Assembly: GCA_965199715.1 (NCBI GenBank)
Contig: OZ241322.1
Coordinates: 1,664,001-1,728,000, forward strand
Length of the DNA stretch: 64,000 nucleotides
Source of the DNA: Vicinamibacteria bacterium
GTDB lineage: Bacteria; Acidobacteriota; Vicinamibacteria; Marinacidobacterales; Marinacidobacteraceae
Direction: 5' to 3'
Shown here in pieces: positions 18,465 through 28,596 of the stretch. The notes below the pieces were generated by a model. It was given only the letters and a program-made list of their open reading frames with translations, searched no databases and was not told the DNA's origin. Each line of letters opens with the position of its first letter. The stretch's first letter is position 1. Position numbers and translations under genes: made by a program.

Positions 18465-19580
18465 TCACTCCTCGCCGCGCCCGTACTTGGTCAGCCCACC
18501 GCCCGCGGTGGGCCGCGACGACGGGCCCTCGGCCACGAAGACGTTCCCGTCGGCGTCTACCGCCACGCCCTCGCCGGCCACTCCCTGGAGCGTGCGGCCC
18601 TCGGTTGGGAAGTGCGGCGGGATGAAGGCGTCCACCCGGTCCTCGCTGGCGGGGCCGATCCGCACGCCGTTCATCCAGCCGTAGTGGTTCGTCGGCGTGG
18701 ATTCGGAGTCGATCGTGTAGAGCGTGTCGTCGTCGGTGATGTACATGCCGCTGATCCGCCCCTGCCGGTGGTAGATGTCCAGCAGGTTGCCGTCCTGGTC
18801 GAAGATCTGGATGCGGTGGTTACCCCGGTCGGCGACGAAGAGCCTTCCCTGGGCGTCGATCTCCAGCGCGTGCGGAGTGCGGAACTGGCCGGGCCGGAAT
18901 CCGATGATCCCCCACTCCTTGATGAAATTCCCCTCGGAGTCGTACTTGAGGATGCGTCCGGTGCGGCCCTCGGGGGGATCCGGACTCTGGCCGCTGTGGC
19001 CGTCGGAGACGAAGACGTCGCCGTTCGCGCCGGTGATCACGTCGCACGGCTCGTAGAGCTGCCCCGGCCCGCTTCCGGGCTGGCCGGCGATCCCGAGCCG
19101 CATCAGCTCCTCGCCCTCGGGCGAGAACTTGATGACCTGGTGGCCCTTGGTGCCGGCCTCGTTCCCCTGCGAGTCCGTCACCCAGACGTTCCCGTCGGAA
19201 TCCACGTGGAGCCCGTGCGGCAGCACGAAGAGCCCGGCGCCGAACTCGGCGAGCAGCTCGCTGGTGTGCCGGTCGTACTTGAGCACCGGGTTGATGTGGG
19301 AGTTCTCCTCGCAGCCGCCCGCCAGCGCGTTCGCGCCGCAGCGGTCGTACACCCAGACGTGCCCGTCGATGGGATCGATATCGACTCCGGCGGTGGATCC
19401 CCAAGTGCGCCCGTCCGGAAGGTCGGCCCACTGGGTGATGACCGTCGGGTTCGGGTTCGGCAGCCTCGCGTCGAGGAAGGGCGCGTGCCCCTCGGGTTCG
19501 GGCGCCTCCTGCATCGGCGGGGCGCCGCAGGCGAGAACGCCGAGAACGCCGGCCAACGGAATGAGTCTCGAATCGCGCAT
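18465..19580 (-). CDS. NHL-repeat lipoprotein (peptidyl-alpha-hydroxyglycine alpha-amidating lyase-like)
   Basis: Lipobox VLAC; PHGLHVDSDGNVWVTD and PHALEIDAQGRLFVADRGNHRIQIFD repeats. Confidence 0.88.
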   Translation of the reverse strand: MRDSRLIPLAGVLGVLACGAPPMQEAPEPEGHAPFLDARLPNPNPTVITQWADLPDGRTWGSTAGVDIDPIDGHVWVYDRCGANALAGGCEENSHINPVLKYDRHTSELLAEFGAGLFVLPHGLHVDSDGNVWVTDSQGNEAGTKGHQVIKFSPEGEELMRLGIAGQPGSGPGQLYEPCDVITGANGDVFVSDGHSGQSPDPPEGRTGRILKYDSEGNFIKEWGIIGFRPGQFRTPHALEIDAQGRLFVADRGNHRIQIFDQDGNLLDIYHRQGRISGMYITDDDTLYTIDSESTPTNHYGWMNGVRIGPASEDRVDAFIPPHFPTEGRTLQGVAGEGVAVDADGNVFVAEGPSSRPTAGGGLTKYGRGEE

Positions 19581-19649
19581 GACGCCGCTCCTTCAGGCCC
19601 TGACGGGCCGCTCGCCAGTGTACCCGGCCCGACCGCATAGCATCGCCCC

Positions 19650-21113
19650 ATGGAAACGCAGCGTCCCGGCCTCTCCCGGAACCTCGGGCTGGTCGGACTG
19701 ACCGCCACCGGCGTCTGCTCGATGCTCGGGGCGGCGATCTACGTGATCCCGTTCACGATCCACCGGACCGTCCCCGACCTCGGCCCGCACGTCCTCACCG
19801 CCTACCTGTTCGCCGCGATCCCGGCGGTTCTGGCGGCGCTCGCCTACGCCTGCCTCGGGACCGCGATGCCGAGAGCGGGCGGCAGCTACGTGTACGCGAG
19901 CCGGTCGCTCGGCCCGCTGCTCGGGTTCGTGGCCAGCTTCTCGCAGTGGTTCGGCCTCTCGATCGCGATCGGGGTCGTGTCCTACCTGCTGATCCCGTTC
20001 CTGCGCGACGCGGCCTTCGCGTTCGGCTGGAACGGCGTCGGAATCGCGCTCGACTACTCGCCGTTGCGGCTCGTCCTCGCGATCGCGTTCCTGTGGACGT
20101 TCGTCGGGGTGAACATCCGCGGGTTGAAGCTCTACGAACGCACGCTCAACCCGATGATGTTCCTCATGTTCGCCCTGGGCGCGATCGTGATCGTGGTGGG
20201 GTTCTCGTTCGACCACGCCGACTTCGCCGCCGCGCTGCTCGCCGCCGAGGGCCTCAGCCCGCCGCCGGCGACGGATCCGCCGCTCAGCCCGATGGCGGTG
20301 CTGGCCGCGTCGGGGCTCCTGTTCGCGACGTTCATCGGGTTCGACTCGATCGCGCAGGCGGGCGGGGAGGCGAAGAACCCGGAGCGGAACCTGCCGCTCG
20401 CGGTCGGGCTCGCCATCGGCAGCGTGGGCGGGTTCTACTTCCTCTTCACCGCCGCGACGTACCACGCGGTCCCGTGGTCCTTCGTGGCCGAGCAGGCGGC
20501 GCTGCGCGACCTGACCGCGCCGGGGCTGCTTGGGATGATGCTCCCGCCGGCGGCGACCGCGGCGATCCTGCTGGGGGCGGCGGTCGCGCTCATCAACGAC
20601 CTGCCGGCGATGCTGCTCGCGGTCTCCCGGATGATGTTCGCCTGGGCCGGCGACGGCATTTTCCCGAAGGCGGTCGCCGCGGTCCACCCGCGCTTCCGCA
20701 CCCCGAGGACCGCCATCCTGCTGAGCGGCGCGATGGCGACCGCCGGCATCCTCGGAAGCCACTTCGCCGGCGACGTCTTCCTCGGCATCGACATCCTCGT
20801 GGTCTCGATGCTCGTCAATTTCGGCCTCATTTGCGTCGCGCTCACCGCCCTGCCCTCCCGCAACCCCGCGCTCGCCGCGAGGATCACGATCCTCGCTCCC
20901 GCGCTGCGGAGCCTCGTCGGCGTCCTCGGCGCGGCGATCCTCGCGGTCGTGCTCGGCTTCCACGTCGTGCGCGACCTGACCGCGGACGTGGCCGCCTGGT
21001 ACTACCGCTCGACTCCGGTGTGGCTGCTGGTCATGGGAATCGCCGCCCTGTTCTGCGTCCGCGAGATGCGCGGGGTGGATCCCGACCGCTTCCGCGAGCT
21101 TCCCGAACAGTGA
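19650..21113 (+). CDS. APC family amino acid permease
   Basis: About 12 TM helices; MPRAGGSYVY, FIGFD, EAKNPERNLP, HPRFRTP. Confidence 0.92.
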   Translation: METQRPGLSRNLGLVGLTATGVCSMLGAAIYVIPFTIHRTVPDLGPHVLTAYLFAAIPAVLAALAYACLGTAMPRAGGSYVYASRSLGPLLGFVASFSQWFGLSIAIGVVSYLLIPFLRDAAFAFGWNGVGIALDYSPLRLVLAIAFLWTFVGVNIRGLKLYERTLNPMMFLMFALGAIVIVVGFSFDHADFAAALLAAEGLSPPPATDPPLSPMAVLAASGLLFATFIGFDSIAQAGGEAKNPERNLPLAVGLAIGSVGGFYFLFTAATYHAVPWSFVAEQAALRDLTAPGLLGMMLPPAATAAILLGAAVALINDLPAMLLAVSRMMFAWAGDGIFPKAVAAVHPRFRTPRTAILLSGAMATAGILGSHFAGDVFLGIDILVVSMLVNFGLICVALTALPSRNPALAARITILAPALRSLVGVLGAAILAVVLGFHVVRDLTADVAAWYYRSTPVWLLVMGIAALFCVREMRGVDPDRFRELPEQ

Positions 21114-22351
21114 CGACGCTCGCGCCGGGGCTCGACATCTCCCGGGTCGTCACCGGGCTCTGGCAGGTGGCGGACGAGGAGCGCCATGGAACCGACCTGG
21201 ATCCGGAGCGTGCGGCCCGCTCGCTCGAGGCGCTCGTGGACGCGGGGAGCACGACGTTCGACGTGGCCGACCACTACGGCAGCGCCGAGATCATCGCCGG
21301 GGCGCTGAAGCGCCGGCGCGACGAGGTCCGGGTGCTGACCAAGTGGGTGCCGCCGCCCGGAGCCGCTTCCCGCTCCGAAGTCAAGGCGGCGGTCGAGCGG
21401 TCGCTCGCCCGGGTCGGCGTGGACCGGCTGGATCTGCTCCAGTTCCACGCTTGGAGCTACGCCGACCCGTCGTGGCTGGACTGCCTCCACCACCTCGCCG
21501 ACCTGCGCGCCGAAGGCCGCGTTCTCCACCTCGGCGTCACCAACTTCGACGCGGCGCACCTCGACTTCGCGCTCCGCAGCGGCCTCCCGCTGGTCTCGAA
21601 CCAGGTGTCCTGCTCGCTGCTCGACCGGCGCGCCCTCGGACCGATGCGCGACGTCTGTCGGACCCACGGCGTGGGGGTCCTCGCGTACGGAACTCTCGCC
21701 GGAGGCCTCCTGAGCGACCGCTTCGTGGGACGGCCCCCGGCGGACGACACCTGGTCGCAGGCGAAGTACGGGCGCTTCATCCGGGAGGCTGGCGGCTGGG
21801 ACGAGTTCCAGTTCCTGCTGCGCACGGTGCGGCGGGTCGCGGGCGGGCGCCCGATCGCCCACGTCGCCGCCGCGTTCGCGCTCGCGCAGGATTTCGTCGC
21901 CGGGGTGATCGTGGGGGCTCGGCCGGGAAGCGCCCACGACAACCGCGGAATTCTCGAGACCCCGCTCGACGCGGGCGCGCTCGACGAACTGGAAGGAGCC
22001 GCGCTCGCCCCCATCCCCGGCGATTGCGGCGACGAGTACCGGCGGCCGCCGTTCCTGACCGCTTCGGGGGACCTCAGCCACCATCTCGACGCGATCCCGC
22101 CGCCGTTCGCCCCGGTCGATGGCCGGATCGAGGCCGAGGGCGTGGAGGAGGCGGTCCGCGACGGCGACGGCGTCCGCCTCCGGGGGGTCTCGCCGGTGCA
22201 TCGCGGGCGCCGGATGGGCGGCGGCGACCGCTTGGCCGAGAAGCTCTTCCTCTTCGACCGGGCCGAGGGGTTGCTCGCGTCGCTCGGGGGCGACGTCGAG
22301 CGCGCGCGGATCCGGTTCCGCTCCGGGCCGCTGCTGGACGCCGACGCATAG
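21110..22351 (+). CDS. Aldo/keto reductase with C-terminal extension (possibly degenerate Rid-like domain)
   Basis: GLWQ, FDVADHYG, TKW, DLLQFH, LGVTNF, SNQV, YGTLAGG; GTG overlaps the permease stop. Confidence 0.85.
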   Translation: MTTLAPGLDISRVVTGLWQVADEERHGTDLDPERAARSLEALVDAGSTTFDVADHYGSAEIIAGALKRRRDEVRVLTKWVPPPGAASRSEVKAAVERSLARVGVDRLDLLQFHAWSYADPSWLDCLHHLADLRAEGRVLHLGVTNFDAAHLDFALRSGLPLVSNQVSCSLLDRRALGPMRDVCRTHGVGVLAYGTLAGGLLSDRFVGRPPADDTWSQAKYGRFIREAGGWDEFQFLLRTVRRVAGGRPIAHVAAAFALAQDFVAGVIVGARPGSAHDNRGILETPLDAGALDELEGAALAPIPGDCGDEYRRPPFLTASGDLSHHLDAIPPPFAPVDGRIEAEGVEEAVRDGDGVRLRGVSPVHRGRRMGGGDRLAEKLFLFDRAEGLLASLGGDVERARIRFRSGPLLDADA

Positions 22352-22363
22352 ACTCTGCCCCCC

Positions 22364-23710
22364 ATGGAGGCGCCCCTTCCCCTTCGCACCGCGGGGCTCG
22401 CGATTGCGGCGAACCCGCTGCGGACGGTGCTCGCGCTGACCGGGCTGACCATCGGCGTCGCGTCCGTGATTACGATGGCGGCGCTCGGCACGGGCGCCCG
22501 CGACGAGGTCGCGAGCGACGTCCGGTCGGCGGGAACGAACATCGTCGTCGTACGCTCGGGGAACTACATCCGGGGCGGCGACGCGATCAACATCCCGTCC
22601 GGATTCGGGCGCGCCGACACGCTGACGGTCGCCGACGCGGACGCCATCCGCGGGATCGCCGACATCGCCATGGTGACGCCGGTGGTCGAGATCCGGCTCG
22701 CGGTGGAGTCGGAATTCGGGGACGGATTCGGGGCGATCCACGGAGTCTCGGCCGAGGCTGCGGACATCTACCGCCTCAGCATCCTGAGCGGCGAGAACTT
22801 CGAGGCCGCCGACGTGGACGGGGCGGTTCCGGCGATCCTGCTTTCCGGCCCGCTCGCCGCCGACGCGTTTCCCGGACGGTCGGCGGTGGACGAGACGGTT
22901 CGCATCCGTGGCCGCGACTTCGAGGTGCGCGGCGTCTATCAGACCTCGGACCGCCGGCTCGCCGAGGCCGCCATCATCCCGTTTCCGATTGCGCAGGAGC
23001 TTGCTGGGCGCGACTACCTGAACGCGATCGCGATCGCCACCGAGCGGGCGGGCGACGCCTCGGTCGTGGCCCGGAGCGTGACCCAGCTTCTGCGCGAACG
23101 CCACGAGCTCACCCGGTCCGCGCCCCCCGCCGAATCCGGCGCGCCCCACTCCTTCCGCCGGGGCGCCCGCCTCCCCGACGACTTCACGGTGCGGACCCAG
23201 GCGACCTCGGCGCTCACCCAGGGCCTCTACACCACCGCCGCCGCCTTCGTGCTGGCCTCGATGCCGCGCCTCGACGAGGTCACCTCCGAGGAGATGGTGG
23301 GCACGCTGAACCGGGCGACTTCGACCATGACGCTGCTGCTCGGTGCGCTCGCCGCGGTCTCGCTGATCGTCGGCGGCGTCGGGATCATGAACGTGATGCT
23401 GCTGGCCGTGACCGAGCGCACCCGCGAGATCGGGCTGCGCCTCGCGGTGGGAGCGCGGCGACGCGACGTGCTGTGGCAGTTCCTCGCCGAGGCCGTGGCC
23501 CTGTCGGCGCTCGGCGGGCTCGCCGGCGTGGTCATCGGCGGGCTCTCGTCAGCGGTCGTCGAGCAGCTTCTCGGCTGGCGCACCCTCATCCACTGGATGG
23601 CGCCCGCCGGGGCGACCGCGATGGCCGCCGCGATCGGAGTCTTCTTCGGCTGGTACCCGGCGCGCCGCGCCTCGAATCTGGACCCGATCGTCGCGCTCAG
23701 GACGGAGTAG
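22364..23710 (+). CDS. MacB/FtsX-type ABC transporter permease
   Basis: LIVGGVGIMNVML, VTERTREIGLRLAVGA, YPARRASNLDPIVALR. Confidence 0.9.
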   Translation: MEAPLPLRTAGLAIAANPLRTVLALTGLTIGVASVITMAALGTGARDEVASDVRSAGTNIVVVRSGNYIRGGDAINIPSGFGRADTLTVADADAIRGIADIAMVTPVVEIRLAVESEFGDGFGAIHGVSAEAADIYRLSILSGENFEAADVDGAVPAILLSGPLAADAFPGRSAVDETVRIRGRDFEVRGVYQTSDRRLAEAAIIPFPIAQELAGRDYLNAIAIATERAGDASVVARSVTQLLRERHELTRSAPPAESGAPHSFRRGARLPDDFTVRTQATSALTQGLYTTAAAFVLASMPRLDEVTSEEMVGTLNRATSTMTLLLGALAAVSLIVGGVGIMNVMLLAVTERTREIGLRLAVGARRRDVLWQFLAEAVALSALGGLAGVVIGGLSSAVVEQLLGWRTLIHWMAPAGATAMAAAIGVFFGWYPARRASNLDPIVALRTE

Positions 23711-24176
23711 GCATCTCCATGCCGGTGTGGGGATCTACCATCGGCTCGTCCATGACGAAGGGCACCTCGATCTCGTAGGGGTCGCCCTCGAAGCGGAAGT
23801 ACACGTCCGCGACGGCCCCCTCGCCCTCGACCGGGCGGCCCGTCGCGATCCACGCCTCGCCGAACTCGTCGATCACCGGGCGGAGCGGCTCCGGGTCCGC
23901 GTCGGGGCGGCGCACGGTCACCCGGACCTCTTCGGCGACCGCCGCCGGCAACTCGCCGCGCATCGCGTCGGAGAAGTAGATCCGGTGCTCGCCGCCGAAG
24001 TCGAGCACGACCTCGAAGTGCAGGTCGCCGTGCATGAAGACGTAGCCGCCGTACTTCGGGGAATGGTCCCCGTGGGCCATCATCGACATGTCGTCGGCCG
24101 GGACCTCGGGCGCGGGTTCTTCGGGCGCGCCGCAGGCGGCGAGGAGGAAGGCGAGCGGGAGGAGTCTCGTGGGCAT
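23697..24176 (-). CDS. Met/His-rich lipoprotein, putative metal chaperone at the end of the efflux operon
   Basis: Lipobox LAAC; MSMMAHGDHSPKYGG..MHGDLHFE; MVDPHTGMEM. Confidence 0.7.
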   Translation of the reverse strand: MPTRLLPLAFLLAACGAPEEPAPEVPADDMSMMAHGDHSPKYGGYVFMHGDLHFEVVLDFGGEHRIYFSDAMRGELPAAVAEEVRVTVRRPDADPEPLRPVIDEFGEAWIATGRPVEGEGAVADVYFRFEGDPYEIEVPFVMDEPMVDPHTGMEMPTPS

Positions 24177-24199
24177 GGGAACCCGGAAACGATACGCCC

Positions 24200-27100
24200 T
24201 CAGGCCCCCGGCAGGTCGCGGCCCCGCCAGATCGAGTAGCCGGCCGGGAACGCCAGCAGGACCACGACCGCGGCGGTGACCACGCCGCCGACCATGGGGG
24301 CCGCGATCCGCTTCATCACGTCGGCCCCGGCCCCGGCGCTCCACATGATCGGCAGGAGCCCCAGAACGGTCGTCGCGCTCAGCATGACCACCGGTCGAAC
24401 CCGGCGGACCGCGCCCTCGAAGACCGCGGCGCGGAGCCGGGAGACGCGGTCGGGGAGCGCCGCGTCGAAGGCGCGGTCGAGATAGAGGAGCATGACGACG
24501 CCGGTCTCGGCGCTCAGGCCGGCGAGCGCGATCATGCCCACCCAGACCGCGACGCTCAGGTTGTAATCGAGCAGATACAGCAGCCAGACCGCGCCGATCA
24601 GCGACAGCGGCACCGCCGAGAGCACGAAGAGCGTCCGCGCGACGGAGCGCGTGCTCGCGTGGATCGTCAGGAAGATCAGCAGCAGGGTGATCGGGATGAC
24701 GACCCGCATGCGCTCCGCCGCCCGCGCGAGCGACTCGTACTGGCCGCTCCAGCCGAGGCTGTAGCCGGGGGGAACCTCCACCCGCGCCGCGACTTCCCGC
24801 CGGGCGCGCGCGACGTAGGTCCCCACGTCCACGTCGTCGATGTCCACATGGACCCACGCCGTCGGCCGCGCCTGCTCGCTCTTGATCGCGGGCGGCCCGT
24901 TGGCGAAGGACAGGTCGGCGAGATGGCCGAGGGGGATCTGCTGCCCCCTTGGGGTCGGGACGAGGACGTCCAGCAGCGCCTCGGGATGCGCACGGAGGTC
25001 GCGGTTGTACCGCAGGTTGACCGGGTACCGCTCGAGGCCCTCCACCGTGGTCGTGATGTTCATCCCGCCGATGGCGGTCTGGATCACGTCCTGGACGTCC
25101 CCCACGGTCAGCCCGTACCGGGCGATTCCGTCGCGGCGGACCGAGACGTTCAGGTAGTTGCCGCCCATGACGCGCTCGGCGTATGCGGAGCGGGTTCCGG
25201 GGACGTCCCGGACGACCGCCTCGATCTCGCGGCCCACCTCCTCCAGCACCGCGAGGTCGGGGCCGGAGATCTTGATCCCCACCGGGGTCTTGACTCCCGT
25301 GGACAGCATGTCGAGGCGGGTCTTGATCGGCATGGTCCAGGCGTTCGTGACCCCGGGGAAGCGGATCGCCCGGTCCATCTCCTCGGTGAGCCGCTCGGGA
25401 GTCATGCCGGGCCGCCATTCCGATTCGGGCTTCAGCTTGATGGTCGTCTCCAGCATGCTGAGCGGGGCCGGGTCGGTGGCGGTGTCGGCGCGACCGGCCT
25501 TCCCGAAGACGCGGTCCACTTCCGGGAAGGTGCTCAGGATGCGGTCGGTCTGCTGGAGGATCTCGCGCGCCTTGGTGACGGAGACTCCGGGGAGCGTCGT
25601 CGGCATGTAGAGGAGATCTCCCTCCCACAGCGGCGGCATGAACTCGGACCCGAGCCGTTTGAGCGGGAACCACGTCGCGCCGAGCGCTCCCAGCGTGAGG
25701 ACGACGACCGTCCAGCGCCGGCGGAGCGCGAACCGCAGCGCCGGGCGGTAGGCGGCCATGAGCAGCGCGGTGATCGGGTTGGCCTGCGTCGCATGGATCC
25801 GGCCGCGGATCCAGTAGCGGACGAGCACCGGGACGAGCGTCACCGAGAGCGCGGCGGCGGCGGCCATCGCGTAGGTCTTGGTGAACGCGAGCGGCCGGAA
25901 CAGCCGCCCTTCCTGCGCCTCCAGCGCGAAGATCGGCAGGAACGAGATCGTGACGACGAGCAGCGCGAAGAAGAGCGTCGGGCCGACCTCGACGGCGGCG
26001 CGGGTGACGATCCGCGAGTGCGGAAGCCGCCCTCCGTCGCGCTCGAGATGCCGGTGGGCGTTCTCCACCATGACGATCGCGGCGTCCACCATGGCCCCGA
26101 TGGCGATGGCGATGCCGCCGAGCGACATGATGTTGGCGTTGATGCCCTGCGCGTGCATCACGATGAGCGCCATCAGCACCGCGAGCGGCAGGGTGATCAC
26201 GGCGACGAGCGCGGACCGCGCATGCAGCAGGAACACGGCGCAGACGACGGCCACGATGGCCATTTCCTCGAGCAGCTTCCGCTGGAGGGTGTCGATGGAG
26301 CGGTCGATGAGCGCGGTGCGGTCATAGACCGGGACGATTTCCGCCCCTTCCGGGAGGCCCGACTGGAGCTCGGCGAGCCGCTCCTTGACCCGCTCGACGA
26401 CGTCGCGGGCGTTCGCGCCGGAGCGCGCCACGACGACCCCGCCCACGACCTCGCCCTCGCCGTCCAGCTCGGCGATTCCGCGCCGGATGTCGGGGCCGAC
26501 CGCCACCGTGGCCACGTCCTGCAGCGAGATCGGCGTCCCCGACTCGTCCACTCCGAGCGCGACCAGCTTCAGATCCTCGACATCGTCGATGTAGCCCTCG
26601 CCGCGGACCATGAACTCGGCCTCGGACATCTCGAGCACCCGGCCGCCGACGTCGTTGTTGCTGCGCTGGACCGCGGTCCGGATGCGGGCGAGCGAGACGT
26701 CGTAGGCGCGCAGCCGGTTCGGATCCACGGTGATCTGGTACTGCTTCACGAAGCCGCCGACGCTCGCGACCTCGGAGACGCCGGGGACCGAGGTGAGCTC
26801 GTATTTCAAGAACCAGTCCTGGAGCGACCGCAGCTCGGCGAGGTCCGCGTCCTCCGAGCGGAGCGCGTACATGTAGGCCCAGCCGACCCCGGTGGCGTCG
26901 GGGCCGAGGGTGGGGGCCACCCCCGACGGCAGCCGCCCGCTCACGAAATTCAGGTACTCGAGCACGCGGCTGCGCGCCCAGTAGAGGTCGGTGCCGTCCT
27001 CGAAGATCACATAGACGAACGAGGTTCCGAAGAAGGAGTACCCGCGGACGACGCTGGCTCCGGGAACCGCGAGCATCTGGGTGGTGATGGGGTACGTGAC

Positions 27101-27292
27101 TTGGTCCTCGACCACCTGCGGGGCCTGCCCCGGGTACTCGGTGAAGACGATCACCTGCACGTCAGAAAGGTCGGGGAGCGCGTCCAGCGGCATGGACCGC
27201 GCCGCGTGGATTCCGCCGAACGCGATCGCGGCCGCCGCGAGGACGACGAGGAAGTGGTTCCGGATCGACCACTCGATCACGCGCTCCAGCAC
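24200..27292 (-). CDS. cusA: CusA/CzcA family heavy-metal efflux RND permease
   Basis: LDALPDLSDVQV, NIMSLGGIAIAIGAMVDAAIVMVEN, EFMPPLWEG, NAWTMPIKTRLDML (Cus-type Met residues). Confidence 0.93.
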   Translation of the reverse strand: MLERVIEWSIRNHFLVVLAAAAIAFGGIHAARSMPLDALPDLSDVQVIVFTEYPGQAPQVVEDQVTYPITTQMLAVPGASVVRGYSFFGTSFVYVIFEDGTDLYWARSRVLEYLNFVSGRLPSGVAPTLGPDATGVGWAYMYALRSEDADLAELRSLQDWFLKYELTSVPGVSEVASVGGFVKQYQITVDPNRLRAYDVSLARIRTAVQRSNNDVGGRVLEMSEAEFMVRGEGYIDDVEDLKLVALGVDESGTPISLQDVATVAVGPDIRRGIAELDGEGEVVGGVVVARSGANARDVVERVKERLAELQSGLPEGAEIVPVYDRTALIDRSIDTLQRKLLEEMAIVAVVCAVFLLHARSALVAVITLPLAVLMALIVMHAQGINANIMSLGGIAIAIGAMVDAAIVMVENAHRHLERDGGRLPHSRIVTRAAVEVGPTLFFALLVVTISFLPIFALEAQEGRLFRPLAFTKTYAMAAAAALSVTLVPVLVRYWIRGRIHATQANPITALLMAAYRPALRFALRRRWTVVVLTLGALGATWFPLKRLGSEFMPPLWEGDLLYMPTTLPGVSVTKAREILQQTDRILSTFPEVDRVFGKAGRADTATDPAPLSMLETTIKLKPESEWRPGMTPERLTEEMDRAIRFPGVTNAWTMPIKTRLDMLSTGVKTPVGIKISGPDLAVLEEVGREIEAVVRDVPGTRSAYAERVMGGNYLNVSVRRDGIARYGLTVGDVQDVIQTAIGGMNITTTVEGLERYPVNLRYNRDLRAHPEALLDVLVPTPRGQQIPLGHLADLSFANGPPAIKSEQARPTAWVHVDIDDVDVGTYVARARREVAARVEVPPGYSLGWSGQYESLARAAERMRVVIPITLLLIFLTIHASTRSVARTLFVLSAVPLSLIGAVWLLYLLDYNLSVAVWVGMIALAGLSAETGVVMLLYLDRAFDAALPDRVSRLRAAVFEGAVRRVRPVVMLSATTVLGLLPIMWSAGAGADVMKRIAAPMVGGVVTAAVVVLLAFPAGYSIWRGRDLPGA

Positions 27293-27297
27293 GGGAC

Positions 27298-28596
27298 TCA
27301 GGGGTGCTCGTGATGCTCGTGGGCGGGCGGCGGCTCCTCGGGGAGCTCCGCGCTCGCGTCGAGGCCGCGGATGGCGGCCGTCAGGTTGCTCTCGGAATCG
27401 ATGAGGAATTGCGATGAGACGACGACCGTGTCGCCGGGCTCCACGCCGGCGAGCACCTCCCAGTACTGGTCACCCCGGCGGCCGAGTGTGACCGCCCGGA
27501 CCTCGAACGCTCCGCCGGCCCGCTCGAGCACGACGACGTCGCGTTCGCCGCCCCGGATGACTGCCTCTTCGGGAACCGCGACGGCGCTCCGGGCGAGCGG
27601 CACGTCGAAGGTGACGTTCGCGTACATCCCGGCGCGCAGCGTCAGGTCGGGGTTCTCCAGCTCGATGGAGACCGCGAGCGTGCGGGTCGCCTCGTCGAAG
27701 TGCGGCGAGAGGAAGCGCACGACGCCCCGGTAGGGCCGGCCCGGCAGGTACGGAAGCTCGACCTGCGCCGGCTGGCCCACGCCCATGGCCTCGACCTGGT
27801 GCTCGAACACGTTCACCTCGACCCAGATCGTGGTGAGGTCGGCGATCTTGTAGAGGTTCATGCCGGCGTCCACGTGCATGCCGTCGAGCGCTTGGTCCAC
27901 CTTCCCCACGATCACTCCGGTCACCGGCGACAGGACCGAGAGCGTCCGGCGCGGAGTCCGCTCGCGCTCGAGCGTCTCGATCTGGTCGTCGGTGACGTCC
28001 CAGTAGCCGAGCCGGGTGCGGGCCGAGGCGACGAGCGAGCGAGCGCGCTCCGCCATCTCGGGGAATTCCGACGTCGCGAGCCGGGCCGCGTAATCGACCG
28101 CCTGCAGGTACTCCATCTGGGTGGTCACGAGCTGGGGGCTGTAGATGTCGAAGAGGACCTGCCCGCGCTCGACGGTCTCGCCGACGTAGTGGACCGCGAC
28201 GTTCTCGATCCACCCGTCGTACTTGGTGTTCACCCACGCGATCTGGCGCTCGTTGTGGGCGAGCGTACCGACGGTCCGGACCGCGTTGGCCACGTTGCGG
28301 CGCTGGACCGAGGCGGTGCGGACGCCGATGGTCTGCGCGAAGCCGGGGTCGATCCGGACCGTGTTCGGCGGGTCCTCCCGTCGCTCGTCGGCGTACACCG
28401 GGATGAGGTCCATGCCCATCGGGGACTTCCCGGGGCCGTCCGAGATGAAGGTCGGATCCATCGGGGCGCGCCAGTGGAGGATCTCCCGTTCGGCCTCGGG
28501 CGCGGCTTCGGGCGCGGGGGCCTCGGGGGAGAGGAGGGCGGCGGCGGCGATTCCGAGCGCGAAGCTGATCGCGCCGACGGCGACGACGGTCTTCAT
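27298..28596 (-). CDS. cusB: CusB-like RND periplasmic adaptor
   Basis: WRAPMDP...PGKSPMGMDLIP metal-binding motif, adaptor core, QFLIDSES, His-rich tail. Confidence 0.88.
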   Translation of the reverse strand: MKTVVAVGAISFALGIAAAALLSPEAPAPEAAPEAEREILHWRAPMDPTFISDGPGKSPMGMDLIPVYADERREDPPNTVRIDPGFAQTIGVRTASVQRRNVANAVRTVGTLAHNERQIAWVNTKYDGWIENVAVHYVGETVERGQVLFDIYSPQLVTTQMEYLQAVDYAARLATSEFPEMAERARSLVASARTRLGYWDVTDDQIETLERERTPRRTLSVLSPVTGVIVGKVDQALDGMHVDAGMNLYKIADLTTIWVEVNVFEHQVEAMGVGQPAQVELPYLPGRPYRGVVRFLSPHFDEATRTLAVSIELENPDLTLRAGMYANVTFDVPLARSAVAVPEEAVIRGGERDVVVLERAGGAFEVRAVTLGRRGDQYWEVLAGVEPGDTVVVSSQFLIDSESNLTAAIRGLDASAELPEEPPPAHEHHEHP

